A stretch of DNA of 64,000 nucleotides, taken from the NCBI GenBank assembly GCA_051599415.1, contig AP039689.1:310001-374000 (forward strand), given 5' to 3'. The stretch comes from Savitreella phatthalungensis (lineage: Eukaryota). Numbering within the stretch: the first letter of the stretch is position 1; the number at the start of each line of letters is the position of its first letter. Below are positions 21,779 through 32,700 of the stretch, in pieces. The notes under the pieces are model-generated. The model searched no databases, was not told the DNA's origin, and saw only the letters and a list, made by a program, of their open reading frames with translations. The position numbers and the translations under genes are program-made.

Positions 21779-22232
21779 CTTGTCGGAAGCGTCTACGAGG
21801 AGGTGGTGTCTGAAAGTAGGAAGTGATGATATACTGTTACGTGGGTGCTGCGTTGGTTTATTGTTTATGACGCCTGATCTGTACAGCAACCGATGACAGA
21901 AATCACAACACTTCAATAAAGGGTGGAAAAAGTGGCGCGGCATTGGCACGAAATTGGATTCGATGGATTTGATTGAATGCAGCGTCAAGCCTCATAACCA
22001 TTCATCATTCACATCGATCCGTACCAGTTCTTTGGTCACTGCAGGTCGAACACGAGTGGGAATGATATGGATGATACTACAGTAAGCAGAACATGACAAT
22101 GCACAGGATCTTCGGCATCGCCACAGCATCGCTGAGAGTTAGAAGCATCGAGAGATTGAGCAAGAGGAAGAGATGAGTGATAGATTCAATTGATTGCTAA
22201 ATTGTCACAGCAGGAAAGAACTCGGCCCGGAT

Positions 22233-22671
22233 TTACTGTGTTGTGACTACACCATCGGGCTCAACTGTTGATCATTGGTCAGTAGCTTGTTTTGGAATAT
22301 GGTATTCGTGACCTGTGGAACGAGATCGAGGTCACGCAAGATCGGCTCAGCCACTTACCAGACTCGACGCCAGCAATGGCCTCAAGGGTCGAGACATGCT
22401 CGTCTGGAAAGCTTGCAGCGTATCCCTTGATGAGTGTGTATTCCTTTGAGAGCAGGTTAGCATTTTGATGTATTTACTGGCTTGTTGAAGCGACTCACAG
22501 TCTTGATTGAGCCACCAGCATCCTGAATCTTCTTCTTGGAACTGTGCCGTGTCAGTCTCTGGATCATCTGGATCGCTTTGATGGGAGCTAGCAGAAAATA
22601 GTGACTTACTCGTCGTACTCCTGCTGAGTGGCAGAGTCCTTGAAAGTGACGATAAAGTCGCTGCCAGCCAT
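22233..22671 (-). CDS. Peptidase inhibitor I9 (Pbi2/POIA1-like), 73 aa, 4 exons: 22671-22610, 22541-22499, 22443-22359, 22264-22233
   Basis: Three canonical introns splice to MAGSDFIVTFKDSATQQEYDDSKKKIQDAGGSIKTEYTLIKGYAASFPDEHVSTLEAIAGVESVEPDGVVTTQ, with the typical YIV.F/GG.I..Y..IKG/VE.D..V pattern. Confidence 0.9.
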
Positions 22672-23846
22672 AGCAGTGTTGCCGGATGAGTAGTAGCGGT
22701 TGTTCTGTTTCTGATGTAAGGTCGCTGTGGCAAGGGCGCACAGGGAGAGGATTGCGAGCTTGCTGAGGGCCGGCGTGGTTGCTGATAGGCGCAGTGGGCG
22801 CCTTGTGAGGATTGGTGAGATGGTTGAGATGGGTTGATCAATCGGGCGCTGTAGATAGCGTGACCTGATTGTAGATAGACTGGGAATTCGATGCGCTTCT
22901 GATACTAGCTTCCGGGAGAGGGATCCAGAATAGAATGTGGTCTCGGCGCGTGGTGGTTCCTATGTACCGAATGCGCGCTCGTGCACGCGTGCGCATGTGC
23001 AAGTGTGCGCGCGTGTGTAGGAGCTTGTGCGTGTGCGTGTGTGTATGCGTGCATGGGGACAGGCGTGTGTGTAGGTGATTGATCGAGGTTGTTGCGTCAC
23101 AGGGTGGAGAGAATTGACAAGATCCACAACCACATGCATCCACGTCCACAGAGAGAGAGAGAGAAAATATACAGTATACTATACATATGTTTACGTATGG
23201 TATAGCTGGGTGGATCAATTGATTTGTCCATTAATTGACAGATTCACTCTGTTCCATTGATAGATAATTATGATCAATTCAAACCCGAGTGAATCATATA
23301 ATTCCTTCTGAATTCGATTCATTTTGATTCAAATCAACTCAATTGGATTCAATTCAACTCAATTCTAATCAATTTCAAAAGTTGGCAGTTACCGATGGAA
23401 GTTTAATTCAAAGGAGAAATTTTGATTCGACAAGGTCAGATTCACATGTCACCTACAATCTGTTGATTCCCATCAATAGTATTCCTTTCCTGCTGCTACT
23501 GCTGTTGCTACTACTCTTTTACTGCTTCTGCTCCTGCTTCTGCTGCAGCTTCTCGCTTCTTGCTTCTTCCAAGGATTCAATTAGGTCGAGGCCCCGCTCG
23601 TGCTGTTGACCTGACCGATCAAATAGGCTCCCCGCATTCCAGTCTGATGTTCCAATAAGTGATCCTTCCTCGCTTGCAGGGCATTCTTTCCAATTGACCG
23701 GGATCAGGTCACAAGACATAAAGGCTCTCGAGAAGACTTATATATAGATACTTTGTCAGGCACATACGCACTGTTTGCTTCATTCTCCTGGCAATACACG
23801 CCTCTGCCGACCACCTCATATCCATGGACGTCCTCATCTGCGACCT

Positions 23847-24647
23847 ATGATGGAACAGCTTAGAGATGCATTAGCCACGCACTGGCGTCATATTGCCACC
23901 ACTTACCCGCCAGGCCTGATCGAGTTCGGCGTAGGACTATTCATCCAGTTCACATGTTTCTACGTGCCCTCGACGTTCTATCTGATGGTAGATCTGCTCT
24001 TCCCGAAATTCTCCTCCCGACACAAGATCCAGAGCGAGAAGCGACAGCCGACGCGCGCAGAGGTCAACCACTGCATCCGGACGGTTCTGACGACGACGTT
24101 TGTCCAAGCTGCTCTGCACCTGGCGATCCTCCGTGCTAGCGGTGGTCCGAAGTTTGCTCACTCGTCGTTTGACATGTCGCCCAAGCTGCCGAGTCTCCGC
24201 CGTTTTTTGGGAGAATGGGCTTTTGCAAGCCTGGCTCGGGAGGTGTTGTTCTACAGCGCACATCGGATGCTCCATCATCCGCTGCTGTACAAGCGCATTC
24301 ACAAGCGCCACCACCTCTTCAAAGCCCCGATCGCGTTTGCGGCTCAGTACGCACACCCGATCGAGCAGCTTCTCGCCAACATGCTCCCTGTCACCCTCCC
24401 ACTCCAACTCGTCAAGGGCCACGTGCTCTCGTTCGCCTGGTTCGAGGCAACCGTCCTCTACGGCACCGCCACAGTCCACTCAGGTTACGACTTCGGTCTC
24501 CCGTCTGCAGCACACCACGATCGACACCACGAGCTCTTCAACGTCAACTATGGCGTCTCCAGATTCGGCCTTGACTACTGGCTAGGCACCGATAAACTCG
24601 GCTGGGACAAGAAGAACGAAGCTGCAAAGCAGGTCAAGTCACAGTAG
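23847..24647 (+). CDS. Fatty acid hydroxylase/sterol desaturase family protein
   Basis: His boxes HRMLH, HKRHH, HSGY and HHDRHH; YAHPIE motif; first in-frame ATG at 23847. Confidence 0.93.
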   Translation: MMEQLRDALATHWRHIATTYPPGLIEFGVGLFIQFTCFYVPSTFYLMVDLLFPKFSSRHKIQSEKRQPTRAEVNHCIRTVLTTTFVQAALHLAILRASGGPKFAHSSFDMSPKLPSLRRFLGEWAFASLAREVLFYSAHRMLHHPLLYKRIHKRHHLFKAPIAFAAQYAHPIEQLLANMLPVTLPLQLVKGHVLSFAWFEATVLYGTATVHSGYDFGLPSAAHHDRHHELFNVNYGVSRFGLDYWLGTDKLGWDKKNEAAKQVKSQ

Positions 24648-24959
24648 TTTAGGCCAACCACAAATCATGGAGACGAGCATAGGATATGGGGATCAATTGT
24701 AATTTCATTCGGGATGTAAAGAAGATCGATGAATAAAGTTCTACTAGCTAGTACTCAGACCAGGTGCATGTCGCGGCATACAGATTCACTGGAGAAAGAG
24801 AGAGGCGAGTAAAGTCAATTGTTGAGTGAGTTGGAGCAAGTTAGGCGGTATCGGGTTGGTCATAATCGTTGTGGAGAGAGTGTCTCGATGTCGTCGTCGT
24901 CGTGATGGTGGTCTCGTGAAGAATGGAATAGGCAAAGGTGAATCCTTGGGTTAGCCACT

Positions 24960-25394
24960 TCAGAAGTGGAAACTGGAAGACACGCCTTTCAATACTGGAG
25001 TTTTCTTGACAACAACCTTCTCGAGCGAAACACTAGACGAGGTGGATGACGTCGACGAGGCGAGCGATGGTGACCTGTGGAGTGGGAGTGTCGACGTCAC
25101 GACATTGGAGGCGGAAGATCGATGCGCGCTGGCGAACGAATGACCTTGCCACATGTTGACTGCCGCTGAGACTGGGTCTACCTTGGCGCTTTCGCTCTTG
25201 CTCTTGGGCTTGGTAGACATCTTCCGAGGCGAGGCAGAAGTCAATTGGGAAGAAGTCTTGCGAGGCATGGTTGCGGACGCGAAAGTGTGAGCCTGGTAGC
25301 TTTGCATGGCTGCCGACAGGGCGTCGGGCTTGGCGGTCGCCTTCTTGACGGTGCTCGAAGATGAGCGGTTGTTCTTGAAGAATGTGAAAGGCAT
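24960..25394 (-). CDS. Small basic Ser/Lys-rich protein with an internal duplicated motif
   Basis: 144-aa ATG ORF with coding-like codon use; repeat DALSAAMQSYQAHTFASA / DPVSAAVNMWQGHSFASA. Confidence 0.7.
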   Translation of the reverse strand: MPFTFFKNNRSSSSTVKKATAKPDALSAAMQSYQAHTFASATMPRKTSSQLTSASPRKMSTKPKSKSESAKVDPVSAAVNMWQGHSFASAHRSSASNVVTSTLPLHRSPSLASSTSSTSSSVSLEKVVVKKTPVLKGVSSSFHF

Positions 25395-26037
25395 GATAAG
25401 TGACGGTCTTCAAGCTGTGTCGGAAGGCAGAGAATGCGTCTGATTGATGATGACTCTATGGACGGGGCGACGACCTCTTTAAATGTTCGACCAGACTCAC
25501 ACATCAACACGGAACACACAAGCATGCCAAGGTAATCAATCGTGCACAAACGACAGCTTGTAATGTCCGGAAGCGACATCTCTACGTATAGACGACACAG
25601 TCCGAGCCGAGCAAGAGCGATAGCGAGGAGGAAACGATGAGTGTGGATCATCAGGAAATCAGGCACATGTGTCAGCCTCCACGGAGAATTTCAGCAAACA
25701 ATACGCTGGTACTATACGAGGGGGGACTGTGAGTCACAGATGAGCTTAATTAAGTACGGAAGGATCATATGCGGCTGGACGATCCTGTCGCTAGCAGGTA
25801 CAACGCAATAGGAAAGGGCAAGATAAAGCCAAGGAATGACGCCCGGAGAGGATGAGTCATGCATGAGCGGGGAAGGGAATTAGAGTTTGGCGCGGAGGGA
25901 ATTTCATTTGACTAAAGCCAATGAGCACATATACCAGATTCGTTAATAAAACTCGTTATTGAGATTGGATGACCCAGAATCGAGTTGTCGATGCAAGAGC
26001 GAGATGTGAACGAGCTAGCGAGCGAGAATGTGAGTAA

Positions 26038-26110
26038 CGACAACGAGCACGGAACGAGTAAAGAACGAGCGAGAAACGAGCAAGAAACGAGCAAGCAACG
26101 AGCGAGGGAC
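26038..26110. repeat. Imperfect tandem AACGAGC(A/G) repeats
   Basis: caacgagcac ggaacgagta aagaacgagc gagaaacgag caagaaacga gcaagcaacg agcgag. Confidence 0.8.
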
Positions 26111-26718
26111 ATGCGAGAGAGTGGGAGGGCGGGAGAGCGAGAGTCAAAAGCGAAAGGCAAACGAGATAATAGCGATATAAATGCGATATCGACCGAGCAC
26201 ATGTGGGCCGCATAAGCCATGGAGACAAGTATTTGAGCGATATAATAACGACGGCCTGATCCAGATAATCCTACTTCGTCTTAACTTCTGAAACTTTCCT
26301 CATTGGCCCTCGCTCCGAACTAGATCTGTACAGACCAATCGCGCAGTTCAGATCATCGAATGTGTGGAGCCGAACACATGTCTGTGGTCGTGACCACCGA
26401 ACCTGGTATTGGTAGAATACATGGAAGCTATTTCCTTATTGCTATACACACGGTCAAAAATCTTTTGCCAGGCAAGGGAAGCTAAATGTAGATAGCATTA
26501 CGAGCACACATGGACAGAGACGGCTTATGATGGTTCGATCACATTTGATCCCCTGATGCGTCTGCCGTCCGATAGACACAAGCTCTCCGTATAAGACAGT
26601 CGCAAGTCCATCGCGACCGAGTCAAGAGCGAGGAAGAGCGACGTCCAGACGAGCAAATCACCCCTCTCCCGGCACCTGATCACCTAGCCCGGCCAAGCTC
26701 GATCTGACGTGCTCAGGC

Positions 26719-28797
26719 ATGTCGATTCCTACGGCTGATGTTGCACATCCTCCACCTCGGAAAATAACGCGGACGCGCACAGGCTGTAGCACGTGCCGCG
26801 CTCGTCGCGTAAAATGCGACGAACAGAAGCCAGCTTGCGGCGCATGCGGCAGACTCGGTCTCAAGTGCGCGTATGATGAGGTGCTCCGACCACGCAAGCG
26901 TCGGTGTCTTGCAAGATGGGAGCGCGCGGACAGCACAACTCTAGAGGTCGCTGATCTGCAAACAGAGCATCTGGATGGAGACGAAGACAATTCCTTGCTT
27001 CACGGAAGTGAGACTTCTCTGGAAATCGATCAAGAGTACGATGACATCCTGACTTCTCCAGGATTCGCCTCGACGCAGTCCAACAGCACGATTACCAGCC
27101 GGGCGCTATCTCCGGTGGGTGACTCCTGGCAAATGACCACCACAGACACCTCGCCATTTATGGATCCGGCGGATCTCAGATTGTCATCGACGCTCGGTTC
27201 TGACATTCAGATTCTGATGCCTGGCTTCCGAAGCGACCAGGCCAGCTTCATGTATCACTTCTCTACTGTCTTGTCCGATGAAATGGACAGAAAACATCGT
27301 GGAAGGCGTTCACGTCCGGCTGATCTCGACTCTGTGTGGCAAACGGAGGTGCTGCTTATGGCGATGCAGCCGGAGAGCGAGCATCTGCGTGACGCCATCG
27401 TCGCACTATCGGCAAAGGATATCGAGCACAAGCGTCGCTGGCGGCTTACAGACGGATACAACCGCGAGCTGGCACAACAATCGAATCAGTTCGAATCGGA
27501 TGCGCTCCAGGGTCTTTCGAAGGCCCTGAGCCGTGCGGGTGATACAGTCACGATTGAAGTCCTGACGACCGTAGTACTGCTGCTCATGCTGTCTGTAATG
27601 CAGGATCGCGGTCGGCCATCACGGACACATCTGGCAGCTGCTGCACATATGCTCAGTCGAGCGCCGCCAGCGCTGCTCTGCTCACCTATCGGTCGCAGTC
27701 TCAAGCGACTTCTGACATCGATCGATCTAGCGATCGTGGCTACCCGCAGCTGGGCCGTCAGCTTCGCTCATGCCAAAAACTTTACCAAAACATTGGTGTC
27801 TCTACCTTCCGCTGGAGGCGATCCTCTGGATGAGCCTTATTATCAACTTCTAGGCATTCTCGCCGACATTGACGAGGTGCGAAGGATTCAAACCACTTTT
27901 CTGACGGTAGTGCAACAGCCGTATACAAAGTCCCGTCGGGCGAGAATGTTCGCGATCTTTGAGCAGCTGCTTCAGTGGCATGCCCACTGGCGCAACGCAC
28001 CTTCATTTGCTTGTGTGGAGCGATTCGATCGACAGGATGGTGAGTCAGTGGCTGGCGAGATCTACGCAGATCCGAAGGCCGCATTGATGCTCGTACAATT
28101 CTGGCACTCGCTCTGCATCATCCTCATCGCTCTCAATCGCCGCCACTTCACTACCATTGCTCTCGAAGCCTGTCTCGCTCGCGTGTGTGCGATCGCCGGC
28201 GCCGCCATGCGGACGACTGACACGACCTATCGGGACAGCGTCATGTGTATCGATGGCTCGCTTGGGATCTACTACCCTCTGCTATGGATGGCATTCTTCT
28301 CAGGTCACCGGCGGCGACGCTGGGTGATAAACGTCATGGACGAGACAATCAAGAGGATGAATGCATCGGCGGTCGACCTCGTCGATCCCCGTCATCTCGC
28401 TGCGCAGACCTCATCCATTCGCTTTATTGACAACCTGCTAGGGGACAAAGCAAGCAGACCGATGTGCACAGTCGGCGGCAGGGGTGGACTCTACGAAGAC
28501 TTCAACATTGACGCGGTCGATGATGTCGAAGATGCGCTCAATGTCGGCTCAAAAGGATCGACCATGTACATCATCTATTCGGACGATCTGCGCACAACAA
28601 AGGCAGTATGCTACACCACCGTCGCTACTGGCCCGGGCGTTTTTGAATCCACCCTGGACGAGTCGCTCACGGCATTCTGGATGGAAAAGGCAAGTCATGT
28701 CGAGCGAGCTCGTTACTGTGAAGGTGACGACCGTGATGAATGCTGCGAGAAACTCCTGATTGACTATGGTCACACTGGACTGCTCATGCCCAGCTGA
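26719..28797 (+). CDS. Zn(II)2Cys6 transcription factor
   Basis: [33 protein letters not shown] followed by a fungal TF middle region. Confidence 0.95.
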   Translation: MSIPTADVAHPPPRKITRTRTGCSTCRARRVKCDEQKPACGACGRLGLKCAYDEVLRPRKRRCLARWERADSTTLEVADLQTEHLDGDEDNSLLHGSETSLEIDQEYDDILTSPGFASTQSNSTITSRALSPVGDSWQMTTTDTSPFMDPADLRLSSTLGSDIQILMPGFRSDQASFMYHFSTVLSDEMDRKHRGRRSRPADLDSVWQTEVLLMAMQPESEHLRDAIVALSAKDIEHKRRWRLTDGYNRELAQQSNQFESDALQGLSKALSRAGDTVTIEVLTTVVLLLMLSVMQDRGRPSRTHLAAAAHMLSRAPPALLCSPIGRSLKRLLTSIDLAIVATRSWAVSFAHAKNFTKTLVSLPSAGGDPLDEPYYQLLGILADIDEVRRIQTTFLTVVQQPYTKSRRARMFAIFEQLLQWHAHWRNAPSFACVERFDRQDGESVAGEIYADPKAALMLVQFWHSLCIILIALNRRHFTTIALEACLARVCAIAGAAMRTTDTTYRDSVMCIDGSLGIYYPLLWMAFFSGHRRRRWVINVMDETIKRMNASAVDLVDPRHLAAQTSSIRFIDNLLGDKASRPMCTVGGRGGLYEDFNIDAVDDVEDALNVGSKGSTMYIIYSDDLRTTKAVCYTTVATGPGVFESTLDESLTAFWMEKASHVERARYCEGDDRDECCEKLLIDYGHTGLLMPS

Positions 28798-29272
28798 GCT
28801 GGAAACAGAGCCTTCCTCGAGAAGGACAACAGAGCCCGTAACGATCTCTGATGAGTGTTGCATACGCTCAGGCTAGACCGTAGATTAATGAATTCCAGAT
28901 ATCTCCGGATTCAGGCTAAAGTCATTTCGTCAAATTTGCCAATGACATAAGTGCTAAATTAAATGAACCATGCGCTCACTCGCCCAAGACATGAAATCGA
29001 CCGTGCTTCGATACGATCTCGCTAGATCGTTCATTCATAACACCACCGGCTAATATCATACTTGTGGGCTCTTCTCCGAACGACTGAAGGACGCCAAGGG
29101 TCGCACTCTCAGACGCTTACCCCCTCTTTCCTTGATTCGCTGATTGTGACTGAAAGATGGGGATTTCGTATTGAGAAGGGCGGATGATCGACATGCCTCA
29201 GGCGCATGCACAGCTACGGGGTCGAAAACGGTGGGATGATACATGGATGCAGTCGATGCACACAAACACCAC

Positions 29273-29740
29273 GCACCCTTGCCCTGAGTAAGTGAGACAC
29301 TCACACCGTCGGAAGTTCCGAGCTTAGTGCTAGGAGTGTGTCGAGAGGCGAGACAGACCGCCCACGTAAGCACATGTCAAGGTGCACGAGTCCAAGGTCA
29401 GCTTTGTGAACCTCGGTGAAAGAGGTCGAGAGCTTAAAACTTTAGGGTTTCGTGGTTGGTGGTGCCGCGGGTGATGACTTGCCAGTGTTGCAACTCGAGC
29501 GGCTCGGATCGAAGATCGATCTGGCGGTTGTTCTCGCGATGGCGGGAGGTGAAAGGTTACACTGCGTGGCCGATCCGAGTAAAGAGCCAGGCAGAGAGAG
29601 AAGATGTCGCTTCAGAACCACCACGAGTCCGTCCCGCTATCCGCTCGTCCTCATGCCTATCCACATTCCGGTTCGCCTAAAGGCCTTGGTCAGGACGGAA
29701 GGGCAGTCTGAGTGTGTGTAGCTAGCTTGGGTAAGCGTGC
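29273..29740 (+). ncRNA. Candidate structured non-coding RNA, family unassigned
   Basis: Nested long-range complementarities found by eye (29273-84/29729-40; 29297-306/29706-15; 29450-60/29617-26; 29502-11/29571-80), with G-U pairs favouring the + strand. Confidence 0.45.
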
Positions 29741-32700
29741 TGAATTGGGATTCAGGTATGTGGGTACTGCGTCACTACCCGCGATGCAGATGAATTTAGA
29801 AAACAGCAAAAGGCACAAAAACAACTGAATTGTAATGTTCAGGAATTCGATGTCTCAAAATATCCGGTTTAAGGAAGAGAGGTCTGTAACGTTGTTGACA
29901 TTGCGAGGTATTCTAACACTAGCAGATGTAGGTGACTGTGCATTCCTCATAGAATGGGTGCGTCAAGCTCGGTCAGAGTGCAATAGTACATGGCCTGGTT
30001 ATTCATTCGGAAGCTGAGTCAGTATACGCGTTCGTCGTATGACAGTCTTCAAGCCTGGAGACCTCTCTTCGTATTCTTGACATGCACACTCGATCATAGT
30101 TTTCTATGCAGGACGCGACGAAGGGAATCAAGCAAGAGACTTACTAGGTCTCGCTCTGAAACCGTCTTCGGCTGCATCGGCATCGCCGGCCTCCATGACA
30201 CGTCAGGCACAGGAGATAAATTCGGGCTGTTTGCATCAATCGGAGCAGAAGCTGACGACGTTCTGTGTAGATCTGGAAGGAATCAGGAGACCGTGTGCAG
30301 CGGCCTGCACGGCTTGTACCAAGGGAAGGGCTACTTCAATTTTTTTTTCTCCTTTCTGTTTAGATAACTTAGCATAGAGCCGCTCAAGCTTGACGTTCGC
30401 TAGATGTAGGTTGCTTCGGCTTTTGCGTGCAGGAAGGCAGACGAGGCGGACGGACGGATGCTATGACAGTCCCTTTGATTTGTCGCAAGTGTCGTGTGCC
30501 ATTGATGCTATATCGAGTCATCGACCTGGCCAGACATCACAGAATAGGGCCATAGGGCCGATGAGCGTCCATTCATTGAAACTGGCGGACTCTATTGCGC
30601 TCAGTCCAGATTGAATTTTCTCATCGTGCTCAGATTGGCCGAGTAACAGAAGTAAAAAAGGATAGAGAGAAAGGAGACGACTAATTCGGGCAACGGCAAA
30701 GCTGATATCCCGTTGAGGTCAGGTTTTCATGGCGTTTCTAGATCGGATCTCGCATGCAATCTCCTCCCCTGCTAGCTTCGCACTTTTGCTCAGGCATTTG
30801 TGTCGCGAAGAGATCCCATTTCAGGTCTTTGGTCTACTTGACGAGCGAGGCGGAAGTTGACAACGAACAAAGGAGAAGAGACAAAAATAAAAGTGTCTCT
30901 TTTCAGACTTGTTGTGCGAGGATGAACCACTGATGGAAACTGATCTTTTTGACAAGTAAACCATGTGGTTCATGCTCTCTGTATCCACCCATCTGACATG
31001 CAGGTCTCCCCACACCCGCATGTACAGCTTTTATACGACGATCTGAGACCTTTGCAGGAATTGTCCATGCAGATTAACAAGAAGGGGAGACATACATTTC
31101 ATCAGGTGACCACGAGCGATCGACATTGCGAAACAAGCAGCCTCTTGATTGGTGCAATCCCGGGGGATACACGATTGGATCTTTATTTAATGAGATTGAG
31201 GAAATCAAAGGAGGGCTTCATTTGGGCTGTGGCCAGTTGCGCGTGACTCTTCAATTACCCAGAATCATTTTGCCAATGGTCAGTCAGCCGAGCACGAACC
31301 TGAGATCCTTAAGTTGATCTTGGCTAATGTAGAACTAAGGAAATTCGCGAACACATTCTGCCTCACCTGCTCGGCATGCACGGACTTCATTCAAAATTCT
31401 CCCACCTTCAGAGGTAGAGACTCCAAATCAGCCGTAAATTAAAAACTAGATCGAGTGGGATAAGAGCTGTCGTGTGGATGGCGAGGAGCATCTAGAAGGT
31501 GCAGTCATGAATCCATAGCAGGTCAGCTCTATTCAGCTCCTTTCGGCTCTTTCCGTCAACCGTGCTGAAAGTTGAGGAATTACCTGAGAAGCTGGTGAAG
31601 GTAAAAAGGTCAGCCATTCCGTGGCTTGCTGCTTCGGCAAGCCAGAAACAGCACAAGCACGCTTGACCATCCTCAACCACAAACCAAATCCTTTCCTGCA
31701 ATGCGTGTGCCGTCGGTAATCTGGGGCGAGCTGGGGTCGTTAACAGGAAAGGTCAGGTCACGCATGGCAGGGCTGGTGTCAGCCAAGCACGTAAATTCTA
31801 CTTGTTTTTATCGCGGCAAACAAGGGTAGGTGTGCGAGACCTTGCCGGGGATCGTCGTATTACCAATGCACGCGACAGGGACACGGTCTCCTACACATTC
31901 TCCTCATAGTTGCCCTGTCATGATCGTCGGGGCGTGTGGAGGAGATTGCTTGTTTGCTGAGCAAAGCCATACCGGTCTTTTTGCTTCATCGATGTTGACT
32001 GTTGACTGCGCGTGCTATCTGAGCGTGGCCTGGCTGAAACGCAAGCTTACGTAGCAAGGTGAAAAATTGTCAATGGTCAAAATCGACCAAAGCTTGCGAC
32101 AGTGCGTAGTTACGAATAGGGTGAGCTCTGTTGAGTTTGTCTGCTCGGCTGGTTCGATCTAAGACTCCGTCTTCTGATGGGCTAGACATGCTTACTTCCG
32201 CACAAAGAGCAAAGCGAGAGAGAGCCTTCCGGCTATTTTGCAAACCTGGGTCTTCAAACTTTTCCGCTCTTTCAATGGTTTTCGGTCAGATGAGGCTCAA
32301 TGAAATTTGACCTCTTGGCCATTTTGCCGCTGTACAATGGTCAACAGACCCAGATACATCAGACGGCACCAGACCAACCCAGAATGGAGACTAGACCTTT
32401 GATGGCTTAAGCCTAGCCTGAGCGCTATGAAAAGTGGCTTTTCCTCCCTCCACGAAATTCGTGGCCTTTCTCAGATTCAGTCTATACTTCGGATGAGTTC
32501 AGTATTTGGGGAAATAACAGAAAGCGGTCCTACGGCATTTCCGACATACTTGCTTCAGATCCAAAGGAAGCTCAAGCAGGTCACAAACACTGATTCTAAG
32601 CTGGGCTTACCAGACGCACTCCACACCTCCACTGGACCCCCGGCTTTCAATTTTCCAGCGGGAAATTGGTTGGTGACCTGGAGAGAGACAAAGCTAATTT

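Noticed and set aside
29441..29450. AAACCCTAAA on the minus strand next to a stem, as a telomerase template with boundary element
   Set aside because: A single 8-10-mer is plausible by chance; G-U pairing favours the + strand; no U-rich pseudoknot or room for CR4/5 downstream on the minus strand. Not fully excluded without cmsearch
29240..29530. Assignment as nuclear RNase P RNA based on GGAAGTTCCGAG
   Set aside because: CR-IV (AGnnnnAU), the CR-V ending (GAnUA) and a proper P3 could not be built
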